Of a stretch of 64,000 bases of DNA, positions 8,699 through 18,738 are shown in pieces. The position numbers and the translations under genes are program-made. How positions within the stretch are numbered: position 1 is the first letter of the stretch; every line of letters starts with the position of its first letter. A model generated the notes under the pieces. The model worked only from the letters and a program-made list of their open reading frames with translations, had not been told where the DNA came from and searched no databases. The stretch is taken from contig RECY01000034.1 in assembly GCA_007693785.1 (NCBI GenBank), positions 5,627-69,626 of the forward strand. The letters run 5' to 3'. This DNA is from Phycisphaerales bacterium. Its GTDB lineage: Bacteria > Planctomycetota > Phycisphaerae > Phycisphaerales > UBA1924.

Positions 8699-10506
8699 GG
8701 TTCGCGCTCCTGCTCGGGTGTACGAGGCGTCTCGGCGAGGCGTTCGCGGCGCGCCAGATAGGCCGCGACGAGCGGTCGGAACTCCGGCGGCACGCGTTCG
8801 ATCGCGGCTCGGTGCACCGGGTCGGACGTGATCACGCCGAGCGATGACGCGGGCACGCCCGGAATCGCGGGCGTCGTGCGCACGCCTGGGACGGGGCCTT
8901 CCGAGGGTTCGTCGGCCGGGCGCGGATCGCGCGTTTCACGCCCCGATGCGCTGGTCGGATCGCCGTCGCCGGGGGCGATCGTCTCCCCGCCGGGTGAGCC
9001 GTCTGCCCCTTCGTCACGATCGCCCCGGGCGTGCGCACGCGCGTCGCCCTGAGCATCGCCCGCGTCCGCCGCACGGCTCGGCGCATCACCGGGCTCATCG
9101 TTTGCGAAAGCTTCGCCGCCGAATCCCGGTGCGTCGTCGGGCGTGCGCGACCCGTCGGTTCCGGCACCGTCTGCCGCACCCTCGCGCTCAAGATCCGCTT
9201 CGCCTGGCGCGGAGGCGTCCGGCGGTGCTCGGATCGGGCTTGTGCGCACGATCAGTCTCGCGTCGGGCGAGTCGTCGCGTGAGGCGCGGAGCTCGAGCCG
9301 ATCGGGCGTCTCACCGATCACGCCGGTCGCGCGGACGAACACCGGCGGGCGGGCGCTCGCCACGTCGCGACCGGGGCTCGGCTCCAGCACCGAGGCGCCC
9401 GCCGCGTGGATGCGCTCGACAAGCCCTACGGCTCGCGCCTCGATCTCGATGCGCGTTCCGGGCGGGGCCTCGAGGCGCAGCGGGTCGCCCGCGGGATCGA
9501 TCGGCCAGCGACCCGAAGGCCCCGCTTCGCCGGGGCGTATGACCCACGCGACCGCCTCGCGCCACGCGGGCGAAGGGTCGGGCTCGATGTGCAGGCGTTC
9601 GCTCCGCGCCGAACGCCCCCCGCGCGCACGCGTCGCTTCCGCTTCGGCAAACACCGTGAACGCGCCCGCGACTTCCGGGAGCGTGCGGCGCGCGGCGCCG
9701 TCGGCGTCGAGATCGACGCCGATGGACCATGACGTGCTGCGGTCGCTCGGCTCATCGACACGCACGCGCAGCACCGCGCGTCGCGGGGGCTCATCGATCA
9801 CCCACGCGCTCCGGACACGCGTCTCGATCGCAAGAAGCGCATCCTCGCCCGCGTGCGGCTCGGGACCCAGCAGGCGGACACCGATCCAGACCGGGGACCA
9901 CGCGGGCGGGCGCGACGACGCGTCCGCGGAAGGCTTGGCCGCTCGGTGCGCAGTTGTGATCAGCAGCCCGGGCATCGCGATGTGCATCGCCATCAGCACG
10001 ACGAACGGCAGAGCCGCGAGCATCCACCGGATCGGCGCGGTCGCACGCGCGTCCGTCACGGGGCGTGCGGCTTCGATCGCTCGCAGCGCTTGGCCCGCGG
10101 CGCGGCGCGCACACGCCGAGGCGATCGGATCATCACTCGCAGACCAGTGGAGCAGCCCGCACCCGACCTCCACAACGCCCAGGGGCGCGCCCGGCGGTTG
10201 CTCACGCTCGTAGGCACGGGCCGCCGCTTCGAGCGAGACGCGCCGAACGGCACTCGCGCCGATCGTCCAGACGAACCCGGGAAGGAGCAGCAGGCACGCG
10301 ATCAGCGTGAACAGCCATGCGCTCACGCCCTCGGCGCCCCACCAAGCGTCGAGCAGCGCGAGCGCAGCCAGGGCCCACGCGAGCAGAACAAGCCCGAGGC
10401 GCAACCGACGCCGCCTTGCACGCCATCGGAGGCGGCGTGCGCGCGAACGCAGCCGCTTGTCGAGCGATGAGGCTTCGTGCGGGTGTGTCGCGACAGCCGG
10501 GCTCAT
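8695..10506 (-). CDS. membrane protein of the BatA/VWA/DUF4159 operon, function unknown
   Basis: I trimmed the track ORF to the ATG at 10506, which forms an ATGA overlap with the upstream stop (10503-10506). N-terminal TM helices are followed by a low-complexity C-terminus. Confidence 0.55.
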   Translation of the reverse strand: MSPAVATHPHEASSLDKRLRSRARRLRWRARRRRLRLGLVLLAWALAALALLDAWWGAEGVSAWLFTLIACLLLLPGFVWTIGASAVRRVSLEAAARAYEREQPPGAPLGVVEVGCGLLHWSASDDPIASACARRAAGQALRAIEAARPVTDARATAPIRWMLAALPFVVLMAMHIAMPGLLITTAHRAAKPSADASSRPPAWSPVWIGVRLLGPEPHAGEDALLAIETRVRSAWVIDEPPRRAVLRVRVDEPSDRSTSWSIGVDLDADGAARRTLPEVAGAFTVFAEAEATRARGGRSARSERLHIEPDPSPAWREAVAWVIRPGEAGPSGRWPIDPAGDPLRLEAPPGTRIEIEARAVGLVERIHAAGASVLEPSPGRDVASARPPVFVRATGVIGETPDRLELRASRDDSPDARLIVRTSPIRAPPDASAPGEADLEREGAADGAGTDGSRTPDDAPGFGGEAFANDEPGDAPSRAADAGDAQGDARAHARGDRDEGADGSPGGETIAPGDGDPTSASGRETRDPRPADEPSEGPVPGVRTTPAIPGVPASSLGVITSDPVHRAAIERVPPEFRPLVAAYLARRERLAETPRTPEQEREP

Positions 10507-12722
10507 CGCGCGGGCTCCGAAGCCGTGCGCCATGCGAGGAGGTAGAGCAACGCGATCACGCCGACCGCGAGACGCGGATCGATCCAGGGCGAACGCCTCG
10601 TCGCGGCGCTCGTGTGCTCGGTTTGCAGCGTCGCGAGCCACTCGCTCGCGGGCGTTCGGGGCTCGAACAGCACGCCACCGGTCGCGCCCGCGAGCCGCTC
10701 CAGCGTGCGCGCACGCGGTCCTGATTCGAGGTCTTCGAGCGAGGAGACGGCAACGATCACCGAGACGCGGGCCGTGCGACCGTCGTTCCGCAGCGTAAAG
10801 ACGTGACGCCCGGGCTTGCGGAGCACCCGTTCTGCGGCGTGCGTTTCGCGCGCGTTCGGCGAGGATGTCGCGTGGAATTCATGTGCACGCTGAATGCCGA
10901 TCGGGGGGGTGTGTTCGAGCGTGATCGGCGAGCCGACCGCGCCGATCGCGCGAAGGCGGACGCGGTCGCCGGGCGCCAGCAGGCTCGGCTCGGCGACGAG
11001 TTCGAGCGCGGGCTCGGGCGGGATCGGGTCGCCGAAAGCGGCGAAACGGGCGACGCGGACCCACGGGTTGTCTTCGGGCGCGGCGTCGCGCCAGACGCTC
11101 CAGAGCCCGTGCGCCGGGATCGTGACCTCCCTTCGCCCGCGCGTGAGCGTCGCGGTGATGGCGGCGTGCGTGCCCGCCTGGGCTGTGACTGCTTCGGCGA
11201 TGCGCAGCGTCGCCGGATCGTTGTATGCAGCGGAACGCACATGGATGGTTGGCGAGGGGCGCGTCGCGATGGATGGCGTGTCGCCGAGCAGCGCCGTGCC
11301 GGTTTCGGTCATGCGCAGTCGAGCGGGCGTGGCGTCTTGCTCGGGGATCGCGTCGAAAACGATCAGGCCGGGCGCTCGCTCAGCGGCCTGGCGGAGCGCG
11401 TCGAGGTGTGCCGCGTCGATCCCGTGGGGAGCAGAGGCTTCGGGGTTCTTGAGGATGTCGCGCACGCCCGGGGCGAGGACGACGAGTTCGTACGCCGCGA
11501 GGCGTCGGGGCGTGAGCAACGCGCGGACGTCGGGGCGTTCGGGCGCGTGCCCGTCGATCGCGTCGCGCGCGGCGGCGGGGCGGGCGGAGGCGGGGTCGGC
11601 GAGCGCAAGGTGCGTGACGCGGAAGCCGCGATCGGCGCGCCACGCCCGACGCGCGAACGCGACGTCCCAGCTCGGCCCGAGTGTCACGACGAGCACCTCC
11701 GCCGGCGCGGGGCGGACGCGGAGCGGGACCGGCGCTTCCGCGGTGTGCGCACCGAGCTCGCCGGTGTCGCGGCCCGCTTGCGCGGTGCTGGCTTCCACGA
11801 GCAACTCGGCGGTATCCGTCGGCGGCGTGATGCGGAACTCGTGCCGGAGCGACCAGTGGGCGTCAAGACGGCGCAGCTCGAGACGCTCGGCGTGGACCAG
11901 CTGGTGCGATCCATCGTGGTCACGCGCGAGGATCCGCAACTCGGCCCATCTCGTGCCGGTGGTTGAAGCGCCCGCGTGCAGGGCGAGCGCGACGCGCACG
12001 CGGACCGGGTCGCCCGCGAGGACGGTGTCGGGCTCGGCGACGGCGGCGAGACGGAGCGTGGGGGCATCCGACGTGTGCGCGGACGCGGGGCCGAACGCCG
12101 GGGCGTGCAGCGCGACACCCGCGCGCCGTGCGAGTGGGATCAGCGTGTCGAGATCGGCGCCGGAGGTGTCGGCGCCGTCGGTGAGCAGGACCAGGTGAGC
12201 CGCGACGTTGGCGGGGCGAGCGCTGAGCGCTTCGATCGCGGCGCTGGCGGCGGCGTGCAGGTTGGTCGCGTCGGTCCGTAGGTTTTCGGTGCCCGCAGGC
12301 ATGGTGTGCGTGATCGGGCGCGCGGGGGTGGTGGTGTCGGCGAAGGCTTGCAGTTCGGGCGCGGCTTGTGCGGTACCGGTCTCGATCGCGTAGCGGAGGG
12401 TTTGGGCCCACCGCTCGGCGAGAGCCGCGGGAGATTCGGCGGCGTTTGTCGCGCGTCGCATCGAGTCGGACCGATCGAGCAGCACATGGACGCGGGGCGG
12501 GTGCGCGTCATCGGTCGCGTGTCGATCGCTGGTGTGTGTGCGCACGGGGTTGGCGAGCGCGACCGCCGCGACGAGCGACGCGATCGCCCAGAGCGCGCCG
12601 GCGGTGCGGAGGCGTCCATGCCGGCGGCGTGCGACGACGCCCCCGAACGCCGCGAGTGCGAGGAACGCCACGCTCGCCCACCAGCCCGCGACGGGCGCGA
12701 GTTCGAAGGGCACCGGCGTCAC
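10503..12722 (-). CDS. BatA-like N-terminal double-TM / VWA-like domain protein
   Basis: GTG at 12722 forms a GTGA overlap with the upstream stop. N-terminus VTPVPFELAPVAGWWASVAFLALAAFGG. MIDAS-like VHVLLDRSDSMR. The remaining track ORF (to 13313) overlaps the upstream gene and I discarded it. Confidence 0.6.
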   Translation of the reverse strand: MTPVPFELAPVAGWWASVAFLALAAFGGVVARRRHGRLRTAGALWAIASLVAAVALANPVRTHTSDRHATDDAHPPRVHVLLDRSDSMRRATNAAESPAALAERWAQTLRYAIETGTAQAAPELQAFADTTTPARPITHTMPAGTENLRTDATNLHAAASAAIEALSARPANVAAHLVLLTDGADTSGADLDTLIPLARRAGVALHAPAFGPASAHTSDAPTLRLAAVAEPDTVLAGDPVRVRVALALHAGASTTGTRWAELRILARDHDGSHQLVHAERLELRRLDAHWSLRHEFRITPPTDTAELLVEASTAQAGRDTGELGAHTAEAPVPLRVRPAPAEVLVVTLGPSWDVAFARRAWRADRGFRVTHLALADPASARPAAARDAIDGHAPERPDVRALLTPRRLAAYELVVLAPGVRDILKNPEASAPHGIDAAHLDALRQAAERAPGLIVFDAIPEQDATPARLRMTETGTALLGDTPSIATRPSPTIHVRSAAYNDPATLRIAEAVTAQAGTHAAITATLTRGRREVTIPAHGLWSVWRDAAPEDNPWVRVARFAAFGDPIPPEPALELVAEPSLLAPGDRVRLRAIGAVGSPITLEHTPPIGIQRAHEFHATSSPNARETHAAERVLRKPGRHVFTLRNDGRTARVSVIVAVSSLEDLESGPRARTLERLAGATGGVLFEPRTPASEWLATLQTEHTSAATRRSPWIDPRLAVGVIALLYLLAWRTASEPAR

Positions 12723-14620
12723 GCTCCGCCCTCCGAACGGGGATGGGGGTTGCGGGCGGCGCAGGCGAGATCGATCAGCAGAGCGACAAGAGCGATCGCC
12801 AGCAGCCAGCCCGCGGCGAACGGGTTGTCGGCGCGAGCCTCGCCTCGCTCGCCCGCACGCGGCCCAGGGCCGGGCTGGGCATCGGTCGTGGCATTGCCCG
12901 GCGCGTTGGCGTGCGCAGGCTCGGGCGCGTCGGGCGGGGCTCGGGGTGTTGGGGTGCGGGTGTCGCGTTCGCGTGCGCCGAGCGAGCCGGGGGTGAGCCG
13001 GTGCGGCTCGGGCGGGGCGAGTCGCTTGAGAAACACGCGTGCAAGGACGGGGAGCCAGAGGGACGCATCGTCGTGCGCGGGGCGCAGGTCGGCGTGCAGG
13101 ATGAGCACGGGCGGCGCGCCTTCGCCGTCCGGCGGGAGCCACTGGGCGAGCGCGAGGGCGTGCTGGTCCGCGAGCCATGTCTCGGCCTGGCTCGCGATCG
13201 GTCGAGTGCGCCGTGTGCCGAGGTCGAGTTCTGCGAGCAGGAGCGGTGCGTCGGTCGCGAGCGGGATCGCCGGGGCGGGCGTGTCGGCCGGCTCGATCGG
13301 CGGCAAGCGCCACGCGCGCCCAGCCGGGTGCGACGGCGCCTCGTCGAGCACCAGCACCGTTGCCTGTTCACGCGCCCGGGCGGCGTGCGACCGCTGGTTG
13401 GAAACCGCACGCACCGCGACCGTCGGCGGGGCCTCGTCGCCCGCCTCGTGCAATCGAAAGCCCAGGTCGAGAGCGGCGGCCTCGAACGCGGCACGCGCGT
13501 TCAGGCTCAGCGACGGATCCACCATCAGCGTGCGTACGGGTGCGAGGCGGAGCTCGGCCTCCGCGCCGGCTGCGAAGCCGCGGAGCGGGCGGGCGTCGAT
13601 CCAGAGATCGGCGTGCACGCGGACGACGCGGGCGCTGGCGGGCACAATCGGGGCGAGATCGAGACGAACAAGCGTCTCGGTGTCTGTTTCGGTTGGCGCG
13701 TCGGCTCGGGCGCGGGAGCGCCCCCCTGGGCTCTCGTGGGTGAGCACGGGCTGGCGCACGACCTTCTGCGGAGCGCCGTCAATGGAGCATCGCCACTCGA
13801 TCGTGAGCCCCGGTTCGAGCGCGCCCGCGTGCATCACACGGGCGCGGAGCGCCGGGATCGCGGGGCGGGTGTTCACACCGGGGAACACGCGGTTCGGATC
13901 GGCATCGAGTTCGATCGGCGAGAGCGTCGGGTGGCGTTCGAGCGTGGGCGGGTGCGAGGGCGTGAGGCGGATCGTGGGTTGGTGCGGGCCTGCGGACGCG
14001 GCGCGGAGCGGGGCGAGCTGGGTCGCCTGGTGGTCGGTGAGGAGGTGGACTTCGGCGGCTCGCGGTGCCGCGGCGCGGGCGAGCGCGACGGCCTCGGCGA
14101 GGTCGGTTTCTCCCGCGGGACGGGCCGCGGCAAGCGCGGAGCGAGCGGCGGCGTGGGTCGTCGCGATCGTGCGGGGCTCGCTCGCGACGACGAGGACCAC
14201 GGGACGTGCGTGGCGCTCGGCGTCGTCGATGCGCCGCCCGGCTTCAGCGCGGAGAGACTCCAAGACCGGCACGCGCGGGCCGATGGCGTGCGCGCGCGAG
14301 GTGGAAGCGCTCGCGTCGAGCACGATCGCGACCGGCTCGGGGGCGTCGTCCGCGGCGGTGGCGACGGGATCCGCGAGGGCGAGGAGCACCGCGGCGAGTG
14401 CGCCCAAGGCGACCGAGCGGGCGAGCAGACGCAGCAGTTCGCGGAGACGCCGAGCCCCGGCGGCTCGCCACGCGTCGCGGCCGTCATCCGGGACGAGGAG
14501 CATCGCGCCAGCGAAGGTTGCCGGCGGCGCGGGGCGCCGTCGGAACAGGTGCGCGAGCACCGGGGCCGAAGCCGCCAACGCGACCCACACCCACGCCAGT
14601 TCCGTTGCACCCGTTGGCAT
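12719..14620 (-). CDS. aerotolerance BatA-like N-terminal double-transmembrane domain protein
   Basis: WVWVALAASAPVLAHLFRRRPAPPATFAGAMLL matches the BatA N-terminal signature. VAIVLDASAST is VWA-like. Confidence 0.65.
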   Translation of the reverse strand: MPTGATELAWVWVALAASAPVLAHLFRRRPAPPATFAGAMLLVPDDGRDAWRAAGARRLRELLRLLARSVALGALAAVLLALADPVATAADDAPEPVAIVLDASASTSRAHAIGPRVPVLESLRAEAGRRIDDAERHARPVVLVVASEPRTIATTHAAARSALAAARPAGETDLAEAVALARAAAPRAAEVHLLTDHQATQLAPLRAASAGPHQPTIRLTPSHPPTLERHPTLSPIELDADPNRVFPGVNTRPAIPALRARVMHAGALEPGLTIEWRCSIDGAPQKVVRQPVLTHESPGGRSRARADAPTETDTETLVRLDLAPIVPASARVVRVHADLWIDARPLRGFAAGAEAELRLAPVRTLMVDPSLSLNARAAFEAAALDLGFRLHEAGDEAPPTVAVRAVSNQRSHAARAREQATVLVLDEAPSHPAGRAWRLPPIEPADTPAPAIPLATDAPLLLAELDLGTRRTRPIASQAETWLADQHALALAQWLPPDGEGAPPVLILHADLRPAHDDASLWLPVLARVFLKRLAPPEPHRLTPGSLGARERDTRTPTPRAPPDAPEPAHANAPGNATTDAQPGPGPRAGERGEARADNPFAAGWLLAIALVALLIDLACAARNPHPRSEGGA

Positions 14621-14725
14621 CCGCTCCGTTGTACCGCGCTCGGGCCCCGGCGTGTGCAGCGGGCCGCCTCGCGGCTTGGTTTTGCGGAGGAGTCCCGGGG
14701 GCGGGGATGGGCGTGGCCCGTTTGT

Positions 14726-15736
14726 TCACGCGTGCTGCGCGGAGCGGTACCAGGCGAGGGTGTCGGCAAGGCCCTGCTCGACGGTTGTGCAGGGGGTGTA
14801 GCCGAGGAGCTCACGCGTGCGGGTCAGGTCGGCGTGGGAGTGGAGCACGTCGCCGGGGCGCCGCTCGTCGTGGATGGGTTCGAGCCCGTGGGCGTCGAGA
14901 ACGCGGGCCATGATGCGGGCGAGCTCGTTGACACTGGTGCGCTCGCCGGCGGCAACGTTGCAGACCTCGCCCGCGAGCGGCACCGTGCTGGCCCCGGCGA
15001 GGAGCGTCGCGAGGACGGCGTTGGAGACGTGGGTGAAATCCCGGGATTGGTTGCCGTCGCCGTAGATGCGGGGGCGTTCGCCGGCGAGAAGCCGCGTGGC
15101 GAAGGCGGCGACGACGGCGGCGTACTCGGAGTCGGCGCGTTGGCGCGGGCCGAAGATATTGAAGTAACGCAGGGCGACGGTCGAGAGCCCGTAGGTGCGG
15201 CTCCAGGCGGCGAGCAACTGCTCGGCCGCGACCTTGCTGGCGGCGTAGGGCGAGCGCGGGCTCGGGCGGAGGGTCTCGGGCGTGGGGAACTGCTGAACGT
15301 CGCCGTAGGCCGAACTGCTGGCGGCGAAGACCACACGCCCCGCGCCCACGGCGCGGGCGGCTTCGAGGACGCGGAGCGTGCCGGTCGCGTTGACCTGCCA
15401 GGTGCGCTCGGGGGCCTCGATGGAGCGCTGGACGCTCCCGACGGCCGCGAGGTGGAAGACGCGATCGGCCCCCTCGGCCGCGTCGGCGAGCCCGGACGGG
15501 TCGAGGATGCTCGCGTGGACCACACGGAGGCGGTCCGGGTCGAGGTCCAGCAGTTCGCCGAGGTGGGCGGGGGTGGCGTTGGAGAGGTCGTCGATCACGC
15601 AGACCGAGGCCCCGAGCCCGAGCAGGGCGTCGGTCAGGTGCCCGCCGATAAATCCGGCCCCGCCGGTGACAAGGCAGGCTCGCCCCTCGTAGAAGGGGCG
15701 GAGCCGCTGAACAGCTTGGGCGGGGAGACGGAGCAT
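14726..15736 (-). CDS. NAD-dependent epimerase/dehydratase (UDP-sugar epimerase or decarboxylase family)
   Basis: VTGGAGFIGGHL Rossmann motif and catalytic YAASK. I chose the ATG at 15736 (MLRLPAQ...) because the longer track ORF overlaps the upstream gene. Confidence 0.85.
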   Translation of the reverse strand: MLRLPAQAVQRLRPFYEGRACLVTGGAGFIGGHLTDALLGLGASVCVIDDLSNATPAHLGELLDLDPDRLRVVHASILDPSGLADAAEGADRVFHLAAVGSVQRSIEAPERTWQVNATGTLRVLEAARAVGAGRVVFAASSSAYGDVQQFPTPETLRPSPRSPYAASKVAAEQLLAAWSRTYGLSTVALRYFNIFGPRQRADSEYAAVVAAFATRLLAGERPRIYGDGNQSRDFTHVSNAVLATLLAGASTVPLAGEVCNVAAGERTSVNELARIMARVLDAHGLEPIHDERRPGDVLHSHADLTRTRELLGYTPCTTVEQGLADTLAWYRSAQHA

Positions 15737-15781
15737 CTGGTTCGAATGGTACTGGGCTTGCCTCCCCAAGGAGAGCCTCGG

Positions 15782-15809
15782 CACAAAAGCGCCCCCACAA
15801 ACGGGGGCG
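15782..15809 (-). terminator. intrinsic terminator (minus strand)
   Basis: Minus strand reads CGCCCCC-gtttgt-GGGGGCG followed by CTTTTGTG. It lies 58 nt downstream of the stop at 15867. Confidence 0.6.
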
Positions 15810-15866
15810 AAGCCGGGAAGAACCGCGCATTGGTGCTCGTCCGCGGGTGGGACGCTGGCGGACGGA

Positions 15867-16973
15867 TCAGGGGCACGCGCCGAGGGTGTCGAGCCAGCCG
15901 GCGATGTAAAAGTTGAGGTCGCTGGTGGTGACCTGCCCGTCGGGGACCCCGTCGAGCGCGGGGCCGGTGATGTCGGCGGCGGGATCGGCATCGATCCAGA
16001 GCGCGATGTAGAAGTTGAGGTCGCTGGTGGTGACCTGTCCGTCGGGGACGCCGTCAAGCGCGGGGCCGGTGATGTCGAAGGGGCAGGGGGCCGAGACACC
16101 GGTTCGTGGGTCGGCGGAGATGACTTCCCAGATGACCTGGTAGGTCGCTTGGAGGGTTTCTTCGCGGAAATACGAGGGCGTCGGGTTGGCCGGGTGGTTG
16201 CGGATCTCCGGATCGAGCAGCGACCTGGGGTCGATGCGTTGAAGGACGCTGAACGCCGTGACGGCGGCGACGTGTCGCCCGTAGTCGCGGGTCATATGCA
16301 CGGCATCGCGGTAGAGCTGACTCCGGAAGTTGAGCACATCCGGAACTTGTCGGCTCTCGATGCGTTGCTTCAGCAGATAGAGCACCTCGGCAACCGGGAT
16401 CAGGCGTAAGGATTCGCCGAATTGTGATTCATACATCGCGAATGCGGCGTCGTAGTAGTCTCGTGAAATGGCGGTCGGCGTGTCCAGCGTGAACTCGCCC
16501 GGTTCATTCCAAAGATCCACGAAACCATCGCGACTTGGCCATCCGGTGTAGAGATAAAACAGCGTCGTGGCGTTCTCGGGATTTTCTCGGGTCAGTTCCA
16601 CGAAGAATCGCAGCGCATCCACATCCTCACCGAGCGTGGGCTTCGGGAAGGTCATGTGCAACTGGAGCGTCACCGCGTCCCAGCGGTACGATGGCAACGC
16701 GCTCTGGTACATCCCTGACGGGGGTGGGTCTACGCAGATCCCGTCCGGATTGGCTTGGATGTACGGGAGTGATCGCCCGCAATTGATGTGGAACCCGACC
16801 TCGGTGGGCAGGCCCGCCGCGATCGCGATGGCTTCCTGATAATCCGGGCGGCTGTCCCATGTCAGGCTGTTCCCGACGTGATAGCTCCGAAAAACAGGGG
16901 GCTCAGCCACCGCAGCAGAGGCGCCCAAGGCGATGGCACCAGCCACACGCACAACGATTACACCGGCTCGCAT
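15867..16973 (-). CDS. secreted protein with two C-terminal GC-type dockerin-like repeats
   Basis: Signal peptide from the ATG at 16973 (MRAGVIVVRVAGAIALGASAAVA). The C-terminus carries DITGPALDGVPDGQVTTSDLNFYIA twice and ends in ...LGACP. Confidence 0.65.
   Translation of the reverse strand: MRAGVIVVRVAGAIALGASAAVAEPPVFRSYHVGNSLTWDSRPDYQEAIAIAAGLPTEVGFHINCGRSLPYIQANPDGICVDPPPSGMYQSALPSYRWDAVTLQLHMTFPKPTLGEDVDALRFFVELTRENPENATTLFYLYTGWPSRDGFVDLWNEPGEFTLDTPTAISRDYYDAAFAMYESQFGESLRLIPVAEVLYLLKQRIESRQVPDVLNFRSQLYRDAVHMTRDYGRHVAAVTAFSVLQRIDPRSLLDPEIRNHPANPTPSYFREETLQATYQVIWEVISADPRTGVSAPCPFDITGPALDGVPDGQVTTSDLNFYIALWIDADPAADITGPALDGVPDGQVTTSDLNFYIAGWLDTLGACP
15901..16077 (-). repeat. in-frame tandem duplication encoding the two dockerin-like modules
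   Basis: Two 75-nt units (15901-15975 and 16003-16077) with a 102-nt period and 4 mismatches by hand alignment. Confidence 0.85.
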
Positions 16974-17077
16974 GGGTTGACGCTCTCCGGAAGAGGCCGT
17001 AAGGCCGAAAAATCCCCTCAACAAGGTATCTCGATTTCGGCCGAATGCAAGCCGAGAAAGGCGGACAGCATACCGTA

Positions 17078-17111
17078 CAAAATCAAATAAAAAGCCCCGC
17101 ATGAGCGAGGC
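17078..17111 (-). terminator. intrinsic terminator of atpA
   Basis: Minus strand reads GCCTCGC-tcat-GCGGGGC followed by TTTTTATTTGATTTTG. It lies 44 nt after the atpA stop. Confidence 0.7.
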
Positions 17112-17154
17112 TCAACAAAGATCTTGCTCAGCGAGGCCCCGCCATCCTTCGAGA

Positions 17155-18738
17155 TTACTTCGCCGCGGGCTTGTACCCGGCCTTGAACTGGCGGATCGCG
17201 TCCTGCAGCTTCGGCTCGATCGTGTCGGTCAGGGCCTTGCCGGTCGCCAACTCTTCTCGGACGGCGCGGGCCGAGGTCTGGAAGTGGTTGAGCAGGGCGG
17301 CCTCGAACTCGCGGATCGCGTTCACCGGCACGTCGTCCATGAAGCCCTTGGTCGCGGCGTAGATCGAGATGACCTGATCGACGACCTCCTGCGGGACGTA
17401 CTGCGGCTGCTTGAGCAGCTCGACCATGCGGGCGCCGCGGTCGAGCTGGGCCTGGGTCGCCTTGTCGAGCTCGGTGCCGAGCTGGGCGAAGGCTTCGAGT
17501 TCGCGGTAGGCCGCCAGGTCGAGGCGGAGCGAGCCGGCGATCTTCTTCATCGCCTTGATCTGGGCGTTGCCACCGACGCGGCTGACCGAGATACCGACGT
17601 TGATCGCGGGGCGGACGCCGGAGAAGAACAGTTCGGGCTCGAGGTAGATCTGCCCGTCGGTGATGGAGATCACGTTGGTGGGGATGTAGGCCGAGACGTC
17701 GCCTTCCTGAGTCTCGATGACGGGGAGGGCGGTCAGCGAGCCGCCGCCGTTCTCGTCGCTGAGCTTGGTGGCGCGCTCGAGCAGGCGGGAGTGCAGGTAG
17801 AACACGTCGCCGGGGTACGCCTCGCGACCCGGGGGGCGGCGGAGCAGCAGCGAGAGCTGGCGGTACGCGACGGCCTGCTTGGAGAGGTCGTCGTAGATGC
17901 ACAGGGCGTGCTTGGGGTAGGGCTTGCCGTCGGAGAGGGTCATGCCCGGGGTCTTGCCGGACCACATGAAGTGCTCGCCCATGGTGCACCCGGCGTAGGG
18001 GGCGATGTACTGCATCGGGGCCGGGTCGCTGGAGCCGGCGTTGACGACGATGGTGTAATCCATCGCGCCTTTCTGCTTGAGGGTCTCCACGACGCCGGCG
18101 ACGGTCGATTCCTTCTGACCGACCGCGACGTAGATGCAGACGACGGCCTGATCGGTGCCCCAGTACTGCTTCTGGTTGATGATGGTGTCGATCGCGACGG
18201 CGGTCTTGCCGGTCTTGCGGTCGCCGATGATCAGCTCGCGCTGCCCGCGCCCGATCGGAATCATCGCGTCGATCGCCTTGATGCCGGTCTGGAGCGGCTC
18301 GGTCACGGGCTGACGCCCGGCGATGCCGGGGGCGATGATGTCGACCTTCGAGGCCTTGTCGCGGTGGAGGGCGGGGCCGTCGTCGAGGGGCTGCCCGAGC
18401 GGGTTGACGACGCGCCCGAGGAGCGCCTCGCCGACGGGGACTTCGAGCAATCGCCCGGTCGCTTTGACGAGGTCGCCCTCCTTCACGGAGAGGTAGTTGC
18501 CGTAGATGACCGCACCGACGGTGTCCTGCTCCAGGTTCATGACCTGGCCCATGACGCTGCCGGCGCTGGTTTCGAACTCGAGGAGCTCGCCGGCCATCGC
18601 CTTGCTGAGCCCGTAGATACGGGCGATGCCGTCGCCGACCTCGATGACCTTGCCGACCTCGGAGACTTCGAGCTCCGCGGCAAACTGCTCGATCTCGTGC
18701 TTGATGACGCTCGTGATCTCGTCGGTTTTGATCTTCAC
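17155..18738 (-). CDS. atpA: F1 ATP synthase alpha subunit
   Basis: Full-length match to AtpA signatures: [19 protein letters not shown] (Walker A) and [24 protein letters not shown] start with GAGGA upstream. Confidence 0.95.
   Translation of the reverse strand: MKIKTDEITSVIKHEIEQFAAELEVSEVGKVIEVGDGIARIYGLSKAMAGELLEFETSAGSVMGQVMNLEQDTVGAVIYGNYLSVKEGDLVKATGRLLEVPVGEALLGRVVNPLGQPLDDGPALHRDKASKVDIIAPGIAGRQPVTEPLQTGIKAIDAMIPIGRGQRELIIGDRKTGKTAVAIDTIINQKQYWGTDQAVVCIYVAVGQKESTVAGVVETLKQKGAMDYTIVVNAGSSDPAPMQYIAPYAGCTMGEHFMWSGKTPGMTLSDGKPYPKHALCIYDDLSKQAVAYRQLSLLLRRPPGREAYPGDVFYLHSRLLERATKLSDENGGGSLTALPVIETQEGDVSAYIPTNVISITDGQIYLEPELFFSGVRPAINVGISVSRVGGNAQIKAMKKIAGSLRLDLAAYRELEAFAQLGTELDKATQAQLDRGARMVELLKQPQYVPQEVVDQVISIYAATKGFMDDVPVNAIREFEAALLNHFQTSARAVREELATGKALTDTIEPKLQDAIRQFKAGYKPAAK

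Noticed and set aside
12368-15916. Very long plus-strand ORFs (1182 aa here; likewise 12306..14801, 5898..7571, 5797..7383, 10894..12198, 26314..28659, 28872..31085, 38735..40264 and many others).
   Set aside because: They are Arg/Pro/Ala/Gly-rich and low-complexity, and they lie antisense or out of frame to ORFs with clear family signatures. This is the shadow-ORF pattern expected in very GC-rich DNA.
15901-16077. Direct repeats as a possible CRISPR array or VNTR.
   Set aside because: There are only two units, they lie in frame inside a CDS, and they encode a duplicated protein module. No spacer-repeat periodicity exists anywhere in the window.
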